Shown piece by piece: positions 58,198 through 64,000 of a stretch of 64,000 bases of DNA. This DNA is from an uncultured delta proteobacterium (GTDB lineage Bacteria > Myxococcota_A > Polyangia > Polyangiales > B10-G4). Both the position numbers and the translations under genes were made by a program. Below the pieces are notes generated by a model. The model ran no database searches. It saw only the letters and a program-made list of their open reading frames with translations, and had not been told where the DNA came from. Location of the stretch: positions 192,001 to 256,000 of the forward strand of contig CAVSGI010000021.1 in assembly GCA_963727445.1 (NCBI GenBank). Direction: 5' to 3'. Every line of letters starts with the position of its first letter. Position 1 is the first letter of the stretch.

Positions 58198-60281
58198 TGA
58201 AACGCTCGAGCGTCCTCGGTGTGGTCGCGCTGGTCGTCGGCCTCATCTTCATCGTCATCGCCCAGAAGGTCCTCGAAGAGGGCCTCGCGCACGACATCTT
58301 CCTGTGGCTCGGCGTCCTCGGCGTCGCCGCCGACACCGCCCAGCGAGCGTTCTTCCGCACCAAGGCGCCGCCCGCGGCGCAGCCAGCGGAGACCGCGCTG
58401 CTCCTCGCCAGCGCGGGGGTGCTGCTGTCCATCGCGCTCTACGGCCTGTCCACCCCCGCCGGCCTCGAGATGCTCGGCGTCAATCCCACCGCCGAGGGTG
58501 ACCGCATCGGGCCCATCCTCGGCGTGACCTGGCCGGCGCTCCTGATCGTGAGCGGCATGGCGCTCCTCTTCATGGAGCTCGCCTACCGGAGGATGCCGAT
58601 CCCGGAGGCGGTGGAGATGCGCCGCATCACCGCGGCCGCCTTCGACGGCATCGCCATCGCCCTCGCCGTGGTCTTCGTCTTCTCGATGAACTTCGTCGCT
58701 CACGAGCGCGAGTGGCGCAAGGACCTCACCTATTTCAAGACCTCGCGGCCGAGCGAGACCGCCCTCCGCATGGTGCGCTCCCTGAACGAGCCGGTGCACG
58801 CCGTGCTCTTCTTCCCCGAGGTCAACGACGTGCGCGAGCAGGTCGAGCCCTACTTCGAGGAGCTCGCCGCGGCCTCCGAGGACTTCGACTACGAGGTCCG
58901 CGACCACGCCCTGGCGCCGGAGATCGCGCGCCAGCATCGCGTCAGCGGCAACGGCAACATCGTTCTGTTGCGCGGTGAGGGAGACGCCCAGCAGGCGGAG
59001 ACCTTCGACGTGGGGACCGAGCTCGAGGTCGCGCGCAGCCGGCTCCGGACCCTCGACGGGCGCTTTCAGCGCACCTTCGCCCGCCTGGTGATGCAGCGAC
59101 GCGAGCTGCACATCACCACCGGTCACGACGAGCGCAATCAGGCGGGGGTGGAAGGCGCGACGCCGGGCGAGCGCACCACCGATCTGATGGACGCCCTCGG
59201 ACGCTCCAACATCACGACGCGTCCCCTCGGCATGGCCCAGGGGCTCGCGAGCGAGGTGCCGCCGGGGGCCCCGGCTGTCGCGGTGATCGGTCCGCGCAAG
59301 CCCTTCCTTCCGGAAGAAGCAGAGTCGCTGCTGCGCTACGTGAAGCAGGGCGGCCGCCTCATGGTGATGGTCGATCCCGATGTCGATTCCGGCCTCGACC
59401 CATTGCTCCACGGCCTCGGCGTGCAGCTCGAGCCGGGCGTCCTCACCTCCGACCGCGACTTCCTGCGCCGCACCGGCACCCTGGCGGATCGCACGATCGT
59501 GCGGACCAGCCGCTACTCGGCGCACCCCACCGTGACCATCGTCAACCGCAACGCCGCGCAGGTGGCCTCGGTCTTCATCCGCGGCGGCGCGCTCACGCGC
59601 TACGAAGGTCCGGACGCGACCGAGGGGCTGACAGTCGACTTCCCGATGAGGAGCGGCGACGGGTTCTGGCTCGACACGAACGACGACTACACCCGTGACG
59701 GCGAGGAAGAGGCCGGCACCTACGACATGATGGCCGCGGTCAGCGTCCCCGCGGAGGGCGAGGGCGAGGACGGCCGCGCGGTGATCATCGCCGACGGCGA
59801 CTTCATCACCGACCAGGTGGTCCGCAACCCGGGCAACCTCCTGCTCTTCGGCGACGTGGTGCAGTGGCTGCTCGGCCAGGAGCAGATCGTCGGCGAGGTC
59901 ACCACCGAGGAGGACGTGCGCATCGAGCACAGCGCCGAGGAGGATCGCCTCTGGTTCTGGGGCACCAGCTTCGGGGCCCCAATCCCCCTCTTCGCCATCG
60001 CCATCTGGGTCGGCCTCGGTCGAAGCCGGCGGGGGTCGCGGCGCGATCCGGCGCCGGCCAAGAAGGGGCCGCGCGTGGAGGCGAAGCCGAAGGAAGAAGA
60101 CGAGGAAGAGGAAGAAGATTCGGATTCGGATTCGGATTCGGATTCGGACTCGGATTCGGACTCGGACTCGGACTCGGAGACGGATTCGGACTCGGAGACG
60201 GATTCGGACTCGGAGACGGACTCGGACGAAGAGGACGAAGAGGACGAAGAGGACGAAGAGGACGAGGAGGACGACAAGTGA
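58197..60281 (+). CDS. GldG-like ABC auxiliary protein (TM region, periplasmic GIFT-like domain, acidic tail)
   Basis: WRKDLT, TGHDER, IGPRKPF, GGRLMVMVDP, IADGDF, GNLLLF, C-terminal TM. Confidence 0.88.
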   Translation: MKRSSVLGVVALVVGLIFIVIAQKVLEEGLAHDIFLWLGVLGVAADTAQRAFFRTKAPPAAQPAETALLLASAGVLLSIALYGLSTPAGLEMLGVNPTAEGDRIGPILGVTWPALLIVSGMALLFMELAYRRMPIPEAVEMRRITAAAFDGIAIALAVVFVFSMNFVAHEREWRKDLTYFKTSRPSETALRMVRSLNEPVHAVLFFPEVNDVREQVEPYFEELAAASEDFDYEVRDHALAPEIARQHRVSGNGNIVLLRGEGDAQQAETFDVGTELEVARSRLRTLDGRFQRTFARLVMQRRELHITTGHDERNQAGVEGATPGERTTDLMDALGRSNITTRPLGMAQGLASEVPPGAPAVAVIGPRKPFLPEEAESLLRYVKQGGRLMVMVDPDVDSGLDPLLHGLGVQLEPGVLTSDRDFLRRTGTLADRTIVRTSRYSAHPTVTIVNRNAAQVASVFIRGGALTRYEGPDATEGLTVDFPMRSGDGFWLDTNDDYTRDGEEEAGTYDMMAAVSVPAEGEGEDGRAVIIADGDFITDQVVRNPGNLLLFGDVVQWLLGQEQIVGEVTTEEDVRIEHSAEEDRLWFWGTSFGAPIPLFAIAIWVGLGRSRRGSRRDPAPAKKGPRVEAKPKEEDEEEEEDSDSDSDSDSDSDSDSDSDSETDSDSETDSDSETDSDEEDEEDEEDEEDEEDDK
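60117..60277 (+). repeat. GA(T/C)TCG hexamer (Asp-Ser) and GACGAAGAG repeats
   Basis: Encodes (DS)n, ETDSDS and (DEE)n at the C-terminus of the GldG-like protein. Confidence 0.9.
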
Positions 60282-61537
60282 AAACGCTCAGCCTTCACAT
60301 CGGCCTCGCCATCATCGGCCTCGCCTGGGCCTACGTCGTGTGGACCTCGGACGCGCCCGAAGAGGAGGGCGGAGATGGGGTGGTGGTCGTCGACTGCACC
60401 CCGGAGCACCTCACCCGCCTCACCTTCGAGAGCGATCGGCGCACCGCGGTGCTCGAGCCGCGGGGCGAAGGGGACCAGCGGTCCTGGTGGATCACGGTCA
60501 CCCGCACGCCGGAGAACGGCGAGCCCACCGAGGTGGAGTTCGTCACCAACGAAGGGATCGAGGAGTACCTGGGATCGGTCGCGCCTCTCGAGGCGGTTCG
60601 CTCCCTCGGCGAGGTGGAGCCCGACCTCTACGAGGAGCTCGAGCTCGACGAGGAGCATCGCTCGACGCTCTCGGAGGTCTGCGGCGATCACGAGGCGACC
60701 TTCTACGTGGGCGGCTCGACCTTCGGCACCGGCGATCGCTACCTCGTCCGCGCGGATGGCGGGCCCGTCTATCTGCTCAGCGGCGAGATCGTGCGTGGTC
60801 TCGAGAACGCGGAGTTCCAGCTGATGCAGCGTGAGCTCCACGCCTTCGACATGACGGAGGTGAGCGGGCTCGAGGTGTCTGCGTCAGGCCAACACAAGGC
60901 GCTCACTCAGCGCGACTTTCGCAATCCGCAGGCCGCGGCCTGGGTGGATTCCGACAACCCCGACCGCATCAACGAGCTCTACGGCAACTGGCTCGACCGC
61001 CTGTCGCGGCTGCGCGTCCAGGCCTACCTGCCCCTCGACGCCGAGCCGGGGGCCGATCTCGACGACGTCGACGTCGCGCCCGAGCCCGTCTTCGAGCTCA
61101 GCTGGAAGGGCGAGGACGGCGACGAGATCGGACACCTCGAGATGGTGAAGCTGCCCCTCGACCGTCCCGTCTACTACGCGCGGAGCGAGGCCACCCGCGC
61201 CTGGGTACGCGTCGTGGCGACGACGGCGCAGCAGGTCGAGGACGACACCCGCGCCGTGGTCGGCCTGCCGCCGCTCGAGCGTCCGGTCCCCGAAGGGCCG
61301 GTCCCGCCCGGGGAGAGCCCGGGCTCCGACGAGCCTTCCATGGAAGGCGGCGGCGCGGGCATCGCCACGCCGCCCCATGGCGCGATGCCCTCACCGCACG
61401 GCGCAGCTCCCTCGCCGCACGGGTCTGCGCCGTCACCGCATGGCGCGATGCCGGCGCCCGCCCCCGCGGTCCCCGCGACACCCGCGGCGCCCCTGCATCC
61501 CACGATGGCGCATCCCGCCCCGACGGGCGCCGAGTGA
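60278..61537 (+). CDS. DUF4340-like protein with Pro/His-rich tail
   Basis: GTGA overlap, N-terminal TM, typical fourth gene of GldAFG-like operons, ends with SPHG repeats. Confidence 0.8.
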   Translation: MKTLSLHIGLAIIGLAWAYVVWTSDAPEEEGGDGVVVVDCTPEHLTRLTFESDRRTAVLEPRGEGDQRSWWITVTRTPENGEPTEVEFVTNEGIEEYLGSVAPLEAVRSLGEVEPDLYEELELDEEHRSTLSEVCGDHEATFYVGGSTFGTGDRYLVRADGGPVYLLSGEIVRGLENAEFQLMQRELHAFDMTEVSGLEVSASGQHKALTQRDFRNPQAAAWVDSDNPDRINELYGNWLDRLSRLRVQAYLPLDAEPGADLDDVDVAPEPVFELSWKGEDGDEIGHLEMVKLPLDRPVYYARSEATRAWVRVVATTAQQVEDDTRAVVGLPPLERPVPEGPVPPGESPGSDEPSMEGGGAGIATPPHGAMPSPHGAAPSPHGSAPSPHGAMPAPAPAVPATPAAPLHPTMAHPAPTGAE

Positions 61538-62328
61538 AGCCGCCCCTCGGCCTCATCGGGGTCGTCCACCTCGGGGCGCTCCCCGGCGACCCCGGCTACG
61601 AGAGCGGAGACTTCGGCGCGGCATACGCCCGCGCCCTGGCCGACGCGAAGGCCATCGCCGATGGCGGCGGCGACGCGATCATCGTCGAGAACTTCGGCTC
61701 GGCGCCCTTCGTGAAGGGCACCGAGGGCGATCGCATCCCGCCCCACCAAGCCGCCGCGCTGACGATCGTGGTCCACGAAGCCAAGGCCCTCGGCCTCCCG
61801 ATCGGCGTCAACTGCCTGCGCAACGACGCCATCACCGCGCTCGGCATCGCCGCAGCCGCTGGCGCGGACTTCATCCGCGTCAACGTCCACATGGGCGCCT
61901 ACGTCACCGACCAGGGAATCATCGAGAGCGAGGCCGCCAAGAGCCTGCGCTACCGCGACGCGCTCCACCGTCGCGACATCGCCATCCTCGCCGACGTGCT
62001 CGTCAAGCACGCCTCGCCCCTGACCCCGATCTCCGCGGAGACCGCAGCGCGCGAATGCGTCGGGCGCGGCGGCGCCGACGGGCTCATCGTGACGGGCGTC
62101 GCGACCGGGGCTTCGGTGGATCGACAGCGGCTTGAGGAGGTGCGGGTCGCTGCACCCCACACACCGGTCTTCGTCGGCTCCGGCATGACCCCCGAACGCG
62201 CTCGCGCGCTGACCGGGCTCTTCGACGGCGCGATCGTCGGTACCTACCTCAAGGAAGGTGGCCAGCTCGACGCGCCGATCGACGAAAAGCGGGTCGCGAC
62301 GCTGAAAAAGATCCTCTCCGCGCACTGA
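61534..62328 (+). CDS. btpA: BtpA/SgcQ family TIM-barrel protein
   Basis: IGVVHLGALPG, IVENFG, GVNCLRND, FIRVN, ADVLVKH, IVTGVATG, VGSG. Confidence 0.92.
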   Translation: MKPPLGLIGVVHLGALPGDPGYESGDFGAAYARALADAKAIADGGGDAIIVENFGSAPFVKGTEGDRIPPHQAAALTIVVHEAKALGLPIGVNCLRNDAITALGIAAAAGADFIRVNVHMGAYVTDQGIIESEAAKSLRYRDALHRRDIAILADVLVKHASPLTPISAETAARECVGRGGADGLIVTGVATGASVDRQRLEEVRVAAPHTPVFVGSGMTPERARALTGLFDGAIVGTYLKEGGQLDAPIDEKRVATLKKILSAH

Positions 62329-62415
62329 GTGCGTCGTGAGGCGCATCACGCTGCCTCCCGGCGCTGGCCGCCAAGCGTCTTGTGTCTGGCGATCGGCGCC
62401 ACTATGAACGCGCGC

Positions 62416-63552
62416 ATGAGGCGATTCATCTTCGTGTTTCTGAGCCTGGCCCTCGCGGCCTGCGGTAGCTGTGAAGACGACGAGACGGAGGGGACGTCCG
62501 GCGCCGCGACCGGCGAAGGCGCAGCCGAGGAGCCGCCCTTCGAACCGCTGCCGGAGACGGTCGAGTTCGACGAAGCGAAGATGGCGCTGGGCAGGGCGCT
62601 CTACTTCGACACCCGGCTGTCGGGCGACGACACCATCGCCTGCGCCACCTGCCACTCCTTCGAGCACGGCGGCGCCGAGCCGCACCCCGTCTCCACGGGC
62701 ATCAACGGCGCCCAGGGGCCGATCAACGCGCCGACGGTCCTCAACTCGCGCTACAACCTCGCGCAGTTCTGGGATGGACGCGCAGAGGACCTGCAGGCGC
62801 AGGCCGCCGGTCCGGTGGCGAACCCGATCGAGATGGGGGCGACCTGGGAAGGCGTGGTCGAGAAGCTGAAGGGCGTGCCGGAGTACGTCGAAGCCTTCGG
62901 CGCGGTGTACCAGGACGGCATCAACGAGAACAACGTCACCGACGCGATCGCCCACTACGAGGAGACGCTGGTGACCCCCTCGCGCTTCGACGCGTTCCTT
63001 CGCGGAGACGAGAGCGCGCTCAGCGCCCAGGAGAAGCGCGGCTACGAGACCTTCGTCGAGGTCGGCTGCCCCGCCTGCCATCAGGGCATCAACGTCGGCG
63101 GCAGCATGTATCAGAAGATGGGGCTGGTGGAGGACTACTTCGGTACCCTCGACCGCGAGCTGACCGACGCCGACAACGGCCGCTTCAACGTCACCCACAA
63201 CGAGTCGGACAAGCACTTCTTCAAGGTGCCGAGCCTGCGCAACATCGCCCAGACGGCGCCCTACCTTCACGACGGCTCGCAGACCGAGCTCGCTGCGGTG
63301 GTCCGCATCATGGCGCGCCATCAGCTCGGCGCGCAGGTGACCGACGCACAGGTCAACGACATCGTCGCGTTCCTGAACGCGCTCACCGGTGAGCTCCCCG
63401 CTCACGCGGCGCTCCCGGAGGGCGGGATCCCCGGTGGCGCGGTCGCCCCCGCGCCGGTCGAGGGCGAGGGTGCGACCGAGGGTGCGACCGAGGGCGAGGG
63501 CGAGGCCGCCCCCGCGCCGGCCGAGGACGAAGGCGCGACCCAGGCCGGCTGA
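62416..63552 (+). CDS. Di-heme cytochrome c peroxidase (CCP/MauG family) lipoprotein
   Basis: Lipobox LAAC, LYFDTRLS, CATCH, QFWDGRA, CPACH, FKVPSLRN, PYLHDGS. Confidence 0.95.
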   Translation: MRRFIFVFLSLALAACGSCEDDETEGTSGAATGEGAAEEPPFEPLPETVEFDEAKMALGRALYFDTRLSGDDTIACATCHSFEHGGAEPHPVSTGINGAQGPINAPTVLNSRYNLAQFWDGRAEDLQAQAAGPVANPIEMGATWEGVVEKLKGVPEYVEAFGAVYQDGINENNVTDAIAHYEETLVTPSRFDAFLRGDESALSAQEKRGYETFVEVGCPACHQGINVGGSMYQKMGLVEDYFGTLDRELTDADNGRFNVTHNESDKHFFKVPSLRNIAQTAPYLHDGSQTELAAVVRIMARHQLGAQVTDAQVNDIVAFLNALTGELPAHAALPEGGIPGGAVAPAPVEGEGATEGATEGEGEAAPAPAEDEGATQAG

Positions 63553-63609
63553 TCTCCGTCTGCGGGAACCGGTTTGGTCGCAAGGCCGGATGTCGATAAG
63601 GTTCCCCGC

Positions 63610-64000
63610 ATGGGTCAGCGGCTGACGCTGAAGTTCGACGACATGGAGGCGCTCCGTCTCGAAGCGGAGCGCCGCTTGTCGCGGGGGGAGGCGATCGTAC
63701 CCGGGGTCACGGGGCTGGCTGCCTTCATGCCTTGCGAGCTCGCCATCCACCATCCGCTCGGTGGAGAGCCGCTGATCGCCGGCGCCACGGTCATGAGCTC
63801 GCCGGAGGAGCAGGAGCGCGAGGGCAGCGTTCGCCTGATGCTCGACGACACGCTGGGGGACGCGGAGCTCGAAGCCTTCCTCGCGCGCGAGCCCGCCGCA
63901 GGCGAAGCCGATGGTGACGGCTCGGGCGCCGATACGGAGGAAGGAGCAGAGGGGGAAGGCGCCGACAACACCTCCCTCGCGCCTTCGCTCCGCCTCCGCA
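63610..64000 (+). CDS. Hypothetical protein, N-terminal part (runs off window)
   Basis: Not in ORF track. Open frame MGQRLTLKFDDMEALRLEAERRL... to the window end, with typical codon usage. Confidence 0.7.
   Translation, partial: MGQRLTLKFDDMEALRLEAERRLSRGEAIVPGVTGLAAFMPCELAIHHPLGGEPLIAGATVMSSPEEQEREGSVRLMLDDTLGDAELEAFLAREPAAGEADGDGSGADTEEGAEGEGADNTSLAPSLRLR

Overview
High-GC (roughly 70% by eye) bacterial chromosome segment, almost certainly Myxococcota (Polyangia/Sandaracinaceae-like). This is judged from MYXO-CTERM tails, an AgmX/GltJ-like protein, many Cys-rich lipoproteins, a CglB-like VWA lipoprotein and a sigma-54 activator. It holds about 60 protein genes. I saw no rRNA, tRNA, CRISPR array, integrase or transposase. 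Housekeeping genes include hpt, pcm, cobB, yhbY, btpA, an aldehyde dehydrogenase, a cytochrome c peroxidase and a GldA/F/G-like ABC operon. At least five genes carry single-base frameshifts, probably long-read errors. The most interesting items are: (1) an isolated fliQ/fliR (sctS/sctT) type III export-gate pair with no other T3SS or flagellar gene; (2) a beta-barrel / ECF sigma / anti-sigma / Kazal-lipoprotein module with a repeated TGACGGATCG-N10-GGCCAC motif and a UCC-rich sRNA-like 3' region; (3) an orphan aKG-HExxH peptide-modification-type enzyme; (4) a window-wide leaderless-mRNA signature; (5) a CPBP protease next to MYXO-CTERM proteins, one of which has its tail out of frame at a G8 tract. 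All calls come from motif recognition by eye, with no database searches.
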